This document shows, one piece after another, positions 10,367-21,679 of a stretch of 64,000 nucleotides of DNA. Each line of letters opens with the position of its first letter. The first letter of the stretch is position 1. A model generated the notes under the pieces. That model worked only from the letters and a program-made list of their open reading frames with translations, did no database searches and was not told where the DNA came from. Origin of the DNA: an uncultured Alphaproteobacteria bacterium (GTDB lineage: Bacteria > Pseudomonadota > Alphaproteobacteria > Rhizobiales > Xanthobacteraceae). Both the position numbers and the translations under genes were made by a program. The stretch is from the NCBI GenBank assembly GCA_963727555.1, contig CAVSGT010000007.1:82543-146542 (forward strand), in the 5' to 3' direction.

Positions 10367-11212
10367 TCAGCTCTTGCCAGCGAAAATATTCGCCAGCGTC
10401 ACGAAGCCCGCGACCGGAATGTCCTCGGCCCGCGCGGTCGGCTCAATGCCGGCCTCGGCGAGCAGCGCGGCGGCATCGGTGCCGAGCGTCTTGAGGCTCT
10501 GGCGCAGCATCTTGCGGCGTTGCCCGAAGGCCGCCTCGGTCACGCGCTGCAGCGCTAGCGCGTCGCAGGCGAGCGGCACCGGACGCGGCGTGAGCCGCAA
10601 CAGCGACGAGGTCACCTTGGGCGGCGGCACAAAGGCGGAGGGTTTCACGTCGAACAGGATCTTGGCCTCCGTGCGCCAGCCCGCCAGCACCGACAAGCGC
10701 CCATAGGCTTTGCTGCCGGGCGCGGCCACGATGCGCTCGGCCACTTCGCGCTGGAACATCAGCACCAGTGAATCGTACCAAGGCGGCCAGGGCTCGACGG
10801 TCAGCCAGCCGACCAGCAAAGCGGTGGCGATATTGTAGGGCAGGTTGGCGACCACCCGGGCGCGCTCGGGCCCGAGCGCGGCGTGCAGGTTTACGTGCAG
10901 CGCGTCGCCGGCGACGATGTCGAGCCGGCCGGGATAGTGCGCCGCAATCTCTTTCAGCGCGGCGATGGCGCGCTCATCGCGCTCGATGGCGACGACACGG
11001 CGCGCACCAAGCGCAAGCAGCGCACGCGTCAGCCCCCCCGGCCCCGGGCCGACCTCGACCACGGTGATGTTCTCGAGCGGCTCGGCAGCGCGCGCGATGC
11101 GCGTCGTGAGATTGAGATCGAGCAAAAAATTCTGCCCGAGCGATTTGCGCGCGCTCAGCCGATGCCGGCGGATCACCTCGCGCAGCGGCGGCAGCTCGTC
11201 GATTTGAGCCAT
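10367..11212 (-). CDS. rsmA: 16S rRNA m6(2)A1518/1519 dimethyltransferase
   Basis: [34 protein letters not shown]. Confidence 0.96.
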   Translation of the reverse strand: MAQIDELPPLREVIRRHRLSARKSLGQNFLLDLNLTTRIARAAEPLENITVVEVGPGPGGLTRALLALGARRVVAIERDERAIAALKEIAAHYPGRLDIVAGDALHVNLHAALGPERARVVANLPYNIATALLVGWLTVEPWPPWYDSLVLMFQREVAERIVAAPGSKAYGRLSVLAGWRTEAKILFDVKPSAFVPPPKVTSSLLRLTPRPVPLACDALALQRVTEAAFGQRRKMLRQSLKTLGTDAAALLAEAGIEPTARAEDIPVAGFVTLANIFAGKS

Positions 11213-11214
11213 TA

Positions 11215-12250
11215 TTATTTTGCCGGGACAAGCGCCGGCGCCGCGGCGGTCAAACGCGCAGCGAGCTCAAGCGCGGCGATCAGGCTCGCCGGATCGGCGC
11301 GGCCCGTGCCGGCAATGTCGAAGGCGGTGCCATGGTCGGGTGAGGTGCGCACGAAGGGCAGGCCGAGGGTCACGTTGACGGCATGGTCGAAGGCCAGCGT
11401 CTTGATCGGGATCAGCGCCTGGTCGTGATACATGCAAAGCGCCACATCGTAGCTTGCCCGCGCTTTTTCGTTGAACAACGTATCGGCCGGCAACGGTCCG
11501 CGGGCGTCGATGCCGTCGGCCTTGAGCCGGGCAACCGCCGGCGCGACCACGGCCGCATCCTCAGCGCCGAGCAAGCCGTCCTCGCCGGCATGGGGATTGA
11601 GGCCGGCGATAGCGAGTCGCGGCCGCGCGATGCGGAAACGTGTCGTGAGATCGCGCGCGGTGATGCGCCCGGTCGCGACGATGAGATCGGTGGTGACGCG
11701 CCCCGGCACTTCGCGCAGCGGCAGATGGATCGTCACCGGTACCACCGCGAGCTCGGGCGACCACAGCATCATGACCGGATGCAGCGCCTTGCCGGTGGCC
11801 TCTGCGGCGAGCCGCGCCAGGAATTCGGTATGGCCGGGCTCGGCGAAGCCCGAGCGGTAGAGCACGTTCTTGGCGACCGGGTTGGTCACAACGGCGGCGG
11901 CGCGTCCGCCGAGCACGTCTTTGACCGCGCGCTGGATCGAGGCGATCGCCGCCGGCGCGCTCGAGGCGTCGGGCTTGCCCGGCTGAGCGGTGATCGTAAG
12001 CCCGAGCGGGACGACCGGCAGCGCGCGCGCGAAGGCAGCGCTTGCGGCGTGCGGCTCGACCACGGCAAGCGGCACGATCGAGCCCGAGCCGGCGCGCACG
12101 CTCAGTGAGAAAATCCGGCTCGGCGATCAGATAAAACGGCGGCAGTTTGAGCTCGTTGCGCCGGCACCAGACGGCGAGCGTAAGGTCGGGGCCGATGCCG
12201 GCCGGCTCACCCAGCGTCACGGCGAGAAGTCGGTCGCCGGCGGCGCTCAC
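11215..12250 (-). CDS. pdxA: 4-hydroxythreonine-4-phosphate dehydrogenase; +1 frameshift near 12076
   Basis: [11 protein letters not shown] at N-terminus; [27 protein letters not shown] in the second frame. Confidence 0.93.
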
Positions 12251-13203
12251 TTTTTGTACTCGATCATCGCCTGCCGCCGAATTTCTTCGAGGTATCGCTT
12301 GGATTCGGCTTCAAACTTCTTGGCGTAGAGTTGCGAATGCACCTCGGTCTTGAGCGGCGACTCCTGGATGCTCTGCTTTTTGTTGCAAACCGCGAACATC
12401 TGCAGGCCCTGCGCGGTCACGTCCGGCGTGGTCAGCTTGCCGATTTCCAGCTTGGCGAGCAGTTCGCGTAGCTGCGGCGTGAGGTCGCTCGAACTGCGCG
12501 TGATCGGCTCGCGCACCGCGATGTCGCGTAGCGCGCGCGCCAGCGCCAGCCCTTGGCTGCAATTTGTGAACCGGCTGCGAAGGTTCTCGGCCTCGCGGCG
12601 TTTGGCTTGGATGGCTGCCGCACTGGAGCCGCGCGGCACCACCACCATGACCGGATAAAGCGTGTAGATGTAGCCGACGGCATCCTTGGTGTCTTCGGTC
12701 CGCTCCCGCAGCGCGCGGTTGATGTCGGCTTCACTGATTTGCAGCGAGGGTCCGAATTTTCCGCGGATGAGTTGCTGCCAGGTAATCTCGGCGCGGATGC
12801 GCGCCTTGACGGTGCTTGCCGCTATTCCGATGCGCGCAAGGAATTGGCTGAATTGTTCGGGGGTGGCGCGTTGCCGCTTTGCCATGTTGTTGAAGGCGTT
12901 ATTGATCTCCTCGTCGCTCACCACCATGCCGTAGAATTTAGCGCGGGTGATCTTGAGGCGGTCGTCGATCAGCTCATTGAGGACCTCTTGATTTGCCGGC
13001 TTCTTATGGGTCGAGGTGGCGATCAGCTTGCTGCGCTGCTGGATGTCGTATTCGGTGATCGGCATGCCGTTGACGGTTGCCACCACCTGCGCTTCGGCCG
13101 CGAGCGGTCCGACGAGCATTGCGGCCGCAAACGTCGCTGCCACCAGCGCGCGGCGAATGGTGAAGATCGTCAATTCTGGTCCCGTCATTGCGACGCCCAT
13201 CAT
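12247..13203 (-). CDS. surA: SurA N-terminal domain periplasmic chaperone
   Basis: Signal peptide, VATVNG.PIT.YDI; lptD-surA-pdxA-rsmA synteny. Confidence 0.85.
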   Translation of the reverse strand: MMGVAMTGPELTIFTIRRALVAATFAAAMLVGPLAAEAQVVATVNGMPITEYDIQQRSKLIATSTHKKPANQEVLNELIDDRLKITRAKFYGMVVSDEEINNAFNNMAKRQRATPEQFSQFLARIGIAASTVKARIRAEITWQQLIRGKFGPSLQISEADINRALRERTEDTKDAVGYIYTLYPVMVVVPRGSSAAAIQAKRREAENLRSRFTNCSQGLALARALRDIAVREPITRSSSDLTPQLRELLAKLEIGKLTTPDVTAQGLQMFAVCNKKQSIQESPLKTEVHSQLYAKKFEAESKRYLEEIRRQAMIEYKK

Positions 13204-13256
13204 CTCAAGCGCGCTCCAAGTTGCAATGAAACGCCAAATCCGGGCCGCCCCTCGCG

Positions 13257-15770
13257 CTACTGCTGCGGTGCTAAAAAGGAGCCCACGCCGGCGGTGCCCG
13301 GGGTCAAGCTTTGGCTCAGCGTGGTTCCACCGAGCGTGCGCAAGCTAAGCTGCAGCAGAACTGTATGGTTTAGGACCGGACTTCCAGTGCCGTAGCTGTA
13401 ACCCGTAACGTAATTTACGGCCAAGATGAGGCAATCGTCGATGTAACCGAGCCCGATCCGGTCATCGGCAATTTTGCTTTCCTTAAGGTCGTAGCGGAGG
13501 CCACCCAGCAGCACCCAATTGGCGTTGAGCTTGAGCGTTCCTATGCCGAGGACGCCCTCGCGGCGGTCCGTGAAACCGAGTTCCGGCTGAGGCGCATAGT
13601 TGCCGTAGAGCAAGGTGACATTCCAACGATCGAACCTGGCGCTGCCCTCGAGCTCGGTACGCTTGGTTTCGAAGGTGTCCTTGTCGAAGCGAAAGCGCGT
13701 GCTGAACGTATAGGTGGAGCTGGGCTGATAGGAGACGCGCGCCACATAGTCGGAACGCCTGGTATCAAGACCGCTACCGAGTCCCGTGTTGGTGGGACTG
13801 GGCTGGGCAAACGAATTTTGTCCAAACAACTGGTAGGACTCACCGAATAAGGCGTTGACGAAGCCGGCACCATTGAACTGCGCGGTGTACTGCACTCCGT
13901 AATTGGCCCGGCCGCCGCCCTCGACGCGGTCCCAGCCGGAGAACTTGTCGATCTTGAACAGGTTGCTGTCGTCAAACACGAGCGTCTGGGCGTCTTCGTT
14001 CGGAAATTTTCCGATCTCCGCTTCATTCGGCCGTGCAATGACCTGCACGATCGGTTCGATCGTCTGGGTACCCCAGGACTGCACGTTGATGAAGGGAAAG
14101 CGATACTCCAGGCCAACGGTCGGCATGCCGCGCACCAGATTGCTGTCTCCGGTGGCGATGTAGTTCGAGACGCCCGGCTCGCCATCGATCGACATTGAGG
14201 CAGCATCGGCCCTCACCCTGGCAAAGGGCGTGAACACTTGCCCGAGCGAGTCGGTATAAGTGCGCCGCCACTGTGCTTCCGCCGAGAAACGGCTGTAGAT
14301 GCCGGGCACGCCACGCAGCAGACAGCTGGCGGAATTGATGATCGCGGTGTCGGCGGTCTGTGTGCACGTGCCGTTGCTAAGGGCTTTCTGAGTGATCGCG
14401 TCGAAATTCGCCTGGTCGCGCGTGAGGCTGGTCAGGTTGGTTCTGAAGCCGAGCTCGCCGCCGAGCACCGGGTGATCGAACGTGTAATTGTAATCGACCA
14501 CCGGATGGATGATCGGAATCTGGCCCTGCGTGTCGGCCGTCGAAAAGCCGTAGTAGTAGATCGAGCGGGCGTCGAAGTAGCTTCGGTTGCCGAGACCGGT
14601 GATGTAGAGCTGCGAGACTCCCGAGGCCGTCGTGTAGGCCAGCGGATCGCTGACGTGATAGGTCGACAGACGCGGATTGTAGTCAGTCAGGAATGTCTTA
14701 TCGGTCAAAACCACTCCGTCCCAGCCCCACACCCACTTTTCATTGATGTTGAACTGGCCGTCGCTTTCCACGCTGCCGCGGAAGTCGCGATAGCCGGGCG
14801 CGTTGACGCCGCCGTGGGTCAAGAAGTAGTTCTTGTCCTGCTGGTAGATGCCGGCGGCACGGATCGAGTAGGCGCCGTTCATCAATCGCTGGCGGAATTC
14901 GCCTTGTACCAGGACGCCCTGCTTGGTGGTGATCAGCGGCGAAAACGTAAAGTCGTAGTTGGGTGCCAGTGCCCAGTAATAGGGAATCTCGATCGATTGC
15001 CCGAAAACCGTGCTCGAGCCGATCGACGGCATCAGAAAACCGGTCTTGCGTTTGACCGTGGGGTCGGGCGCCGAAAAATAGGGAAGCCATACCAGCGGAT
15101 AGCCGTAAAATTCGAGGCGCGCGCTCTCGAAATACAGCATCTTCTCTTTCTGGTCGTGGATGATGCGTACCGCCTTGACCTGCCATTCCGGCGGCTTTCT
15201 CGGATCGTCCTTGCACGGCTCGCAGGCGGTGTAGACGCCGTTGTGGAAGATGGTGAAGTTGCCGCCGCTACGCTCGGCGTGTGCGGCGGCCATGCGGGTC
15301 TGCGCCGGCGTCTCCACGCGCAACGAGTCGACGAAACCGTTGCGATAATCGTCGGACAAATTCATCACATTGCCGCGGGTGACGGTGCCGTCGGCCTCGG
15401 TCAGCCGGACATTGCCTTGCGCCTGCAGGCGTTTGGTATTTTCGTCGTAAATGACCCGGTCGGCCTCGATCCGCGAGCCGCCGTAATAAATTTGCACATT
15501 GCCGACGGCGGAGACCCGATGATTGGTATAGTCGTAGTCGATCTCGTCCGCCTGCACGAGCATCTGCTTCTGCCCGGCATTTTGCTGTTGCAGCGCGCGC
15601 TGCGACAGCTTCGGCTGCGGCGTGGGCGGGAAGGTGAGTTCCTGTGCGGATACCAGCACGCTGGCAAAAAACCAGCCGAAGGCGAGCAATGCCGAAGCGG
15701 CAATAACGCGAACGGCGCCCCCACGGGGTCGCGGGCGCGCTGACGGACGAGCGCCAGGCATCCACGCCAT
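13257..15770 (-). CDS. lptD: LPS assembly protein LptD
   Basis: OstA-like N-terminus (QADEIDYD), YTACEPC, PNEDAQ, SGWDRVEGG, beta-barrel; synteny. Start uncertain. Confidence 0.93.
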   Translation of the reverse strand: MAWMPGARPSARPRPRGGAVRVIAASALLAFGWFFASVLVSAQELTFPPTPQPKLSQRALQQQNAGQKQMLVQADEIDYDYTNHRVSAVGNVQIYYGGSRIEADRVIYDENTKRLQAQGNVRLTEADGTVTRGNVMNLSDDYRNGFVDSLRVETPAQTRMAAAHAERSGGNFTIFHNGVYTACEPCKDDPRKPPEWQVKAVRIIHDQKEKMLYFESARLEFYGYPLVWLPYFSAPDPTVKRKTGFLMPSIGSSTVFGQSIEIPYYWALAPNYDFTFSPLITTKQGVLVQGEFRQRLMNGAYSIRAAGIYQQDKNYFLTHGGVNAPGYRDFRGSVESDGQFNINEKWVWGWDGVVLTDKTFLTDYNPRLSTYHVSDPLAYTTASGVSQLYITGLGNRSYFDARSIYYYGFSTADTQGQIPIIHPVVDYNYTFDHPVLGGELGFRTNLTSLTRDQANFDAITQKALSNGTCTQTADTAIINSASCLLRGVPGIYSRFSAEAQWRRTYTDSLGQVFTPFARVRADAASMSIDGEPGVSNYIATGDSNLVRGMPTVGLEYRFPFINVQSWGTQTIEPIVQVIARPNEAEIGKFPNEDAQTLVFDDSNLFKIDKFSGWDRVEGGGRANYGVQYTAQFNGAGFVNALFGESYQLFGQNSFAQPSPTNTGLGSGLDTRRSDYVARVSYQPSSTYTFSTRFRFDKDTFETKRTELEGSARFDRWNVTLLYGNYAPQPELGFTDRREGVLGIGTLKLNANWVLLGGLRYDLKESKIADDRIGLGYIDDCLILAVNYVTGYSYGTGSPVLNHTVLLQLSLRTLGGTTLSQSLTPGTAGVGSFLAPQQ

Positions 15771-16870
15771 CACCCGTCCTCCTGGTACAGTAACGCAATA
15801 AACCCCGTCAGCCCGCCGACGAGCACGGGCAACCATGCCGCCGTCACCGGCAGCATCAGCTGAGCCTTGCTCAAATCGTCGGTTACTTTCGATAAAACGT
15901 AAAGCAGAAACCCCGCTCCCACGCCACTCAAAACCATGATTTGGACGCCGCCAAACCGGAAAAACCGTAGACTAACCGCCGCAGCAAGGAAAACCATGGC
16001 CGAGAGCAAAAAAGGCTGCGCCAGAAGCTTCTGGAACTGCAGTCTATAGCCTGCCGCCACCAGCCCGGCATGGTCGGCGATGCTGATATACGCGGGAAGG
16101 TCCCAAAATTGCACGGTTTCCGGCGTGGCAAAGCTTTCGCGGACCTGCTCCGGGGTCAGACTGGTCTTCAGTAGATACACGGGCTTATCGACAGGGACTT
16201 GCCCCATGCCGTAGACGCGGGCATCCAGCAAACTCCACACCCCCGGGTGCAGCACGGCCGCCCGTGCCTCAATCCGCTGCTTGAAATGTCCGGCGGGGTC
16301 GAAGGTGAAGACCATGACGCCACTGAGCTCGACCCCCTGGTTGCGGCTCGACTTGGCGTTGATGATGGCTTGTCCCTCGCTGTCGCGCTGGCTTGCCCAG
16401 AAGCTGCCGCCGGTGTCGTTCACCACGCCGGTCATTTGCCGGCCGAACACCTCGGCCTCGTAGCGCTTGGAGCGCTCCTGCAGCAGGGCGGAGATCGGGT
16501 TGTAGACGGTGGTCGCGATGATGCCGAGGACAAACGCGATTGCCAGCGCCGGCATGATGAATTGCCAGGCCGACATACCGGCCGAGCGGGCGACCACCAG
16601 TTCCAGCCGGCGCGAAAGGTTGAGATAGCAGAACATGGCGCCGATCAGCACGCAAAACGGCATGATGCGCTCGGTGATCTGCGGCACGCGATAGAACGAT
16701 ATCTTGGCCACCAGCAGCGCGGAGGCATTCGGGATGTCGCCGGCGCGCTGGGTCATCTCGATGTAGTCGACGATCGCGATCAGGGCGAAAATGCTGACGA
16801 ACACCATCAGCACCGCGCCGAGGAAGCGCATCCCGAAATAGCGCGACAATGTTCCCGTCAGGATCCGCAT
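15770..16870 (-). CDS. lptG: LPS export ABC transporter permease LptG
   Basis: LSRY, ELVVARSAGMS, C-terminal LLYQEDG. Confidence 0.92.
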   Translation of the reverse strand: MRILTGTLSRYFGMRFLGAVLMVFVSIFALIAIVDYIEMTQRAGDIPNASALLVAKISFYRVPQITERIMPFCVLIGAMFCYLNLSRRLELVVARSAGMSAWQFIMPALAIAFVLGIIATTVYNPISALLQERSKRYEAEVFGRQMTGVVNDTGGSFWASQRDSEGQAIINAKSSRNQGVELSGVMVFTFDPAGHFKQRIEARAAVLHPGVWSLLDARVYGMGQVPVDKPVYLLKTSLTPEQVRESFATPETVQFWDLPAYISIADHAGLVAAGYRLQFQKLLAQPFLLSAMVFLAAAVSLRFFRFGGVQIMVLSGVGAGFLLYVLSKVTDDLSKAQLMLPVTAAWLPVLVGGLTGFIALLYQEDG

Positions 16871-16878
16871 GGATGACG

Positions 16879-18039
16879 TCACGACGGTGCGAGGGTGCGG
16901 TTGATGCGCTCGGTCAGCGCCGCGACCCAATTGTTTAGGAAGGCTGGCGGCTCCAGGATCAAGCCATTGTGGACCACGTAAAGTCCGAAACCGAATGCGG
17001 CCGCCAAGGCCAGATATTGCAGGGCCAGCAACCACGGAATAGTCGCGCCAAACACGGTTGAGGCAAAGCCGATCAGCCGCAGCAAGGCGACAGCGCCGAT
17101 GGCGCCGAGCAGCGACATTGTGCGGCTTTGACGGTTGGTGCGCGGCGCACCAAGGTAGGCGAATGCGATCACGGTAAAGGCGAGGGGATAGAACGGCGCC
17201 ATCAGCCGATCGTACATCTCCGCGCGGAATTGGCCGGGCTGCTCGCGGTAAGATGGGTCCTTGGGATCCGGAAACATGAGTTGCCAGAGATAGCGCTCGC
17301 GGATCGAGTATTTGACCGCTTGCGGGCCGCCGGCGAACTGCGACAAGTCGAAGGCGTAGCGATCGAAAGAGACCATCGCCGGATCGCGTTGATTGGCCTC
17401 GTGACGCTGTACCGTTCCGTTCTGCAGGACCAGGAACGTGCCGTTGGCGTTGTCGAGCAACTCACCGGTCTCAGCCAGCACGGTGACGTGATCGGCCGGA
17501 TCGCGCCGGTCGTCGAGAAAAATGCCGGCCAGTTCACCGTTGGCGTGGCGTTCGCGGATGCGGATGGTGACGCCGCGCTCGATCGAGGCGAAGCGCCCGG
17601 GCTGGAGTACGCTGGTCACGACATTGGCGCGCACCTCGGTCAACCAGTCGCGCAGCATGCGCAGACCTTTGGGCGCGAAATAGACGCTGATCGCGGATAC
17701 GCCGATCGACACTACAATCGCAACCGCCATGAAGGCACGGAACAGGACCCACGGCGACATGCCGGACGCGTTCATGACGATGATTTCGGAGTCGGTCGAC
17801 ATCTTGTTGAGGGTATGAGCGACCGCGATCAGCAGCGCGATCGGCGCGATCACCAGCACGAGCAGCGGGACGATCAGGCCGGTAATGCCGACGAACACAA
17901 AGATGGTCTGGCGCTGGCTGGTCATCAGGTCGAAATCATGCAGGGCCTGGGTGACCCAGATCACCGCGGTTAGGCTGACCAGAACCACCAGGAAGGCGCT
18001 GAACGTTGTGCGGAAAATATAACGACCGATCGACCCCAT
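16879..18039 (-). CDS. lptF: LPS export ABC transporter permease LptF
   Basis: MGSIGRYIFR, DSEIIVMNASGMS; divergent from pepA. Confidence 0.92.
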   Translation of the reverse strand: MGSIGRYIFRTTFSAFLVVLVSLTAVIWVTQALHDFDLMTSQRQTIFVFVGITGLIVPLLVLVIAPIALLIAVAHTLNKMSTDSEIIVMNASGMSPWVLFRAFMAVAIVVSIGVSAISVYFAPKGLRMLRDWLTEVRANVVTSVLQPGRFASIERGVTIRIRERHANGELAGIFLDDRRDPADHVTVLAETGELLDNANGTFLVLQNGTVQRHEANQRDPAMVSFDRYAFDLSQFAGGPQAVKYSIRERYLWQLMFPDPKDPSYREQPGQFRAEMYDRLMAPFYPLAFTVIAFAYLGAPRTNRQSRTMSLLGAIGAVALLRLIGFASTVFGATIPWLLALQYLALAAAFGFGLYVVHNGLILEPPAFLNNWVAALTERINRTLAPS

Positions 18040-18423
18040 CCGCGACGTCCGTCCCCAGTAGCCGCCACATGCGCCTCTCACCCGCTCCCCATCGAACGGG
18101 CATAAAGCGCCAGCGTAATCCCAGCCCCAAGCGGCCTTACCTTGATCGCCGCACAAAGTGGCCGCGCAAAGGCAAAGCCTTTGAACGTGCACAATAAAAC
18201 GTTAAATCACGCCGGTTCCAAGTGCCTGGAAAGAGATTTGTGGTCGATGCTTCCGGCAAGCCATATCCGGTTCCCGGGGCCTCGATCACCTTCCGCCATT
18301 GCGGCCGCAAAGTCCCAGCCAAACGCTTGGAGGGCTTTGCAGAGCGGCGAAGGGTGCGCCATATGGGGGCCGTTCCGTCCCGCACGTTCGTCAAGTGCCC
18401 GCCCCGGTAAAGAGGATCGCCCC

Positions 18424-19926
18424 ATGTCCGACGGCCTGAAGCTCGGATTCAGCCCATTCAGCACCGCGCCCAAAGGCGTTCTCATTGTGTTCTGCGACCA
18501 CCAGCTCAGGCTTGGGCCCGCGACCCGCAAGGCTTTGGCCGCGACCGGCGATCTCGTCAGCCGCGCCGCCAAGGCCGAGCGCTTTACCGGCAAGAGCGGT
18601 GCGGCGCTCGACCTGGCTATGCCGGAAGGGTTGAAGCTGCCGCGCCTGATCGTGATCGGCATCGGCAATACCGCCGATCTCAAGGAGAAGGATTTCCTCA
18701 AGCTCGGCGGCACCGCAATGGGAAAGGTGCCGAAAGGGGCGCAAGAGGCGACCGTGATCGCCGAACTGCCGACGCGCGCCATGAGCCCGGCGCAAGCGGT
18801 CGACCTCGCGCAAGGGATGCGTCTGCGCGCCTATGCCTTCGATCGCTATAAGACCAAGCGCAAGGACGACGAAGAAAAGCCGGTCAGCCGCACCGTCGCC
18901 ATTGCGGTCGGTAACGTCGCCGCGACGAACAAGGCGCTTGCCCCGCGCGGCGCGCTCACCGACGGCGTCGTCCTGGCGCGCGACCTGGTGAACGAGCCGG
19001 CCAATGTGCTCTATCCGGAAGAATTCGCCCGGCGCGCGACTGAACTGAAAAAAGTCGGCGTTACCGTCGAGGTGCTCGACCTCGAAGCGATGGCGAAGCT
19101 CGGCATGAATGCGCTGCTCGGCGTCGGCCAAGGCTCGACGCGCGAGAGCCGCGTTGTGGTGATGCGCTGGAACGGCGGCAAGAAAGGCGTTGCGCCGGTT
19201 GCCTTCATCGGCAAGGGCGTGTGCTTCGATACCGGCGGCATTTCGATCAAGCCGGCCTCCGGCATGGAGGACATGAAAGGCGACATGGCGGGAGCGGCCT
19301 GCGTCACCGGGCTGATGCATGCGCTGGCGGCGCGCAAGGCGCGCGTCAACGCGGTCGGCGTTATCGGCCTGGTCGAAAACATGCCGGACGGCAATGCGCA
19401 GCGCCCCGGCGACATCGTCACATCGATGTCCGGGCAGACCATCGAGATCATCAATACCGACGCGGAGGGCCGGCTCGTGCTCGCCGACGTCGTCTGGTAC
19501 GCCGCCAAGCGCTTCAAGCCGAAGTTCATGGTGGATCTGGCGACGCTGACCGGCGCCATCATCGTCGCGCTCGGGCATGAATATGCCGGCATGTTCTCCA
19601 ACGACGATCGGCTGGCCGAGCGATTGACCAAAGCCGGGCAGGAGACGGGCGAACTGGTCTGGCGCATGCCGCTCGCGCCGGAATACGACAAGCAGATCGA
19701 TTCCAAATTCGCCGACGTGAAGAACACCGGCGGAAGCCGCTGGGGTGGCGCCATCACCGCGGCGCAATTCATTCAGCGCTTCGTCGCCGACAAGACGCCG
19801 TGGGCGCACCTCGATATCGCCGGCACCGGCTTCGACTCGCGCCAGACCGACACCAACAAGAGCTGGGGCTCGGGCTGGGGCGTACGGCTCTTGGATCGGC
19901 TGGTGAAGGACTATTACGAGGCGTAG
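18424..19926 (+). CDS. pepA: leucyl aminopeptidase (M17)
   Basis: [31 protein letters not shown]. Confidence 0.96.
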   Translation: MSDGLKLGFSPFSTAPKGVLIVFCDHQLRLGPATRKALAATGDLVSRAAKAERFTGKSGAALDLAMPEGLKLPRLIVIGIGNTADLKEKDFLKLGGTAMGKVPKGAQEATVIAELPTRAMSPAQAVDLAQGMRLRAYAFDRYKTKRKDDEEKPVSRTVAIAVGNVAATNKALAPRGALTDGVVLARDLVNEPANVLYPEEFARRATELKKVGVTVEVLDLEAMAKLGMNALLGVGQGSTRESRVVVMRWNGGKKGVAPVAFIGKGVCFDTGGISIKPASGMEDMKGDMAGAACVTGLMHALAARKARVNAVGVIGLVENMPDGNAQRPGDIVTSMSGQTIEIINTDAEGRLVLADVVWYAAKRFKPKFMVDLATLTGAIIVALGHEYAGMFSNDDRLAERLTKAGQETGELVWRMPLAPEYDKQIDSKFADVKNTGGSRWGGAITAAQFIQRFVADKTPWAHLDIAGTGFDSRQTDTNKSWGSGWGVRLLDRLVKDYYEA

Positions 19927-19947
19927 CGCGATTTCGTCAACGCGTAC

Positions 19948-20661
19948 TTAAAATCGCACGCCGGCGCTAACACCAAGTTCGGTATGCATGGCATTGACCA
20001 CGCGCTGAGTGCCGCCGAAGCTTGCCGTGAACAGACCATTGAGCGCGGTGAACGGCTCGCGGGGACCGCCGACTGCGGTGGAAATGAATTCATATTCCGC
20101 GCGCACGAACCAGCGCGGACTGAACTCGAATTCAAAGCCGGTGCCGACCACGAACGACAAAATCCCCTCATCGAAGGTGCCGTCGAACGCGACCTGGTGG
20201 ATATTCTTGTAGGCAAGCCCGCCGCGCGCAAAGGCGCGTACCGGGATACCCCAGGTCGGAATTGGGATCGGCCATTGCGACATCGGCGGCGTGAAGAACA
20301 GCGCGGTGCCGGTGATGGCGAAGCTGCGCTCGGTGCTTAGTGTCGGCAAGCCTTCGTCGAAAGTGTTGGAGCCGAGGTAGTCAAAGCCAAGCTCCGCCGA
20401 AATGATGTCGTTGAAGCGGTAGCCGACATAGACTTTGGCACCCGGCTCATACTTCTCCATATTGTAAGCGGGTTTGTTCGGCACAAACCCAGTATGGTGC
20501 GCTTCGAAGGCACCAGCACCGAAATACCAATTGTAGACGGGCATCGGGGAAAGGAACTGATCGGCCGAGGCGGGCGCCGGCGCAAACAATTGCGCTCCGG
20601 CGCCGATCACCAGACCGATCAAGGCAGTCCGCACAACCCCACCGTAACGACCGCCCCCCAT
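19948..20661 (-). CDS. outer-membrane beta-barrel protein (OmpA-like TM domain)
   Basis: Signal peptide ending APASA, WYFGAGA, YVGYRFND...ELGFDYLG, VRAEYE, C-terminal F (SAGVRF). Confidence 0.75.
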   Translation of the reverse strand: MGGGRYGGVVRTALIGLVIGAGAQLFAPAPASADQFLSPMPVYNWYFGAGAFEAHHTGFVPNKPAYNMEKYEPGAKVYVGYRFNDIISAELGFDYLGSNTFDEGLPTLSTERSFAITGTALFFTPPMSQWPIPIPTWGIPVRAFARGGLAYKNIHQVAFDGTFDEGILSFVVGTGFEFEFSPRWFVRAEYEFISTAVGGPREPFTALNGLFTASFGGTQRVVNAMHTELGVSAGVRF

Positions 20662-21044
20662 TTGTGGGTACCCTCGACGTCCATTGAATCCAAATACAGC
20701 GTCCAGGACGCAAAAATAGCGGCACCCTCGGCGCACCGGGACGCATTCGAGCGCGTCCATTGACGGTTGGCGAAACGCTATGGACTCTACTTCAGGGAGT
20801 CAACGGCGCTGCAGCGAAGGCTCGAGCGGCCGACGGCGCAAAAAACAGCTGAATTTGAGCCCGTTTCGTCCCAACCGGCTCGCGCTCGTAGAAATTCAGG
20901 CTGCCTGAGGGCACAAAATGCGCCCGGCAGCTTGGCCGTGCTGTTGCACGCACGCCACGCTGGCGACTTATCTTGTTTGGTGGCCGCCTCGGGACATGGT
21001 TATTGTGGAAGATCTCACCCAGCGGCGGCAGTGCAGCGACTGAT

Positions 21045-21497
21045 ATGACCGAGGTTCTCTTTTACCATTTGCAGGGTCAGCGCCTGGAAGGCGTGCTGCC
21101 GGCACTCTTGGAGAAATCGCTGGCGCGCGGTTGGCGCGTGATTGTGCAAGGGTCGTCCGAGGAGCGCATCGAGGCGCTCGACGCGCATCTGTGGACCTAC
21201 CGCGACGATGGCTTCCTGCCGCATGGTACCTGGCGCGAGCAGGACAGCGCGGCGCAGCCGGTGCTGCTGACCGTCCATGAGGGCAATCCTAACGCGGCGG
21301 ACGTGCGTTTTCTGATCGATGGCGCGCCGGTGCCCGCCGACGCCGAGGCCTATCAGCGCATCGTGCTGTTGTTCGATGGCGAGGACGAAGAGGCGGTCGG
21401 TGCTGCGCGCGCGCATTGGACCGAGGCCAAGGCCAAAGGCTTCGAAGCGACCTATTGGCAATCGGACGAGAACGGCCGCTGGGCAAAGAAGGCATGA
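21045..21497 (+). CDS. holC: DNA polymerase III chi subunit
   Basis: MTEVLFYHL, LDAHLWTY...FLPHG; near pepA. Confidence 0.93.
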   Translation: MTEVLFYHLQGQRLEGVLPALLEKSLARGWRVIVQGSSEERIEALDAHLWTYRDDGFLPHGTWREQDSAAQPVLLTVHEGNPNAADVRFLIDGAPVPADAEAYQRIVLLFDGEDEEAVGAARAHWTEAKAKGFEATYWQSDENGRWAKKA

Positions 21498-21512
21498 GCC
21501 GGCGTGGCGCGG

Positions 21513-21679
21513 CTAGAGTTTGATCCGTTCAGATTGAATTAGAATGCCGCCTAACATTTTGCTGGCGCATGATCTTTTCCGACCTTCCTTCGCCCGCCGA
21601 AGCGGGCTTCGCGAAGGCGGGAAACCGGTTCCCATCCCCGATCGGGGTCGAGGACATGCTTTTCGGGATCATGCGCTAG
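21513..21679. mobile_element. CTAG-flanked MITE-like element (167 bp) with two nested hairpin insertions
   Basis: Near-identical to 43028..43131 apart from ~39 and 24 nt insertions; CTAG at both ends; core GCGCATGATC...GATCATGCGC inverted repeat. Confidence 0.8.

Noticed and set aside
18142-18423. Long N-terminal extensions of pepA, lptF, lptG, clpS, fabF and the RidA gene in the ORF track
   Set aside because: Conserved starts lie downstream; the extensions are read-through of intergenic DNA
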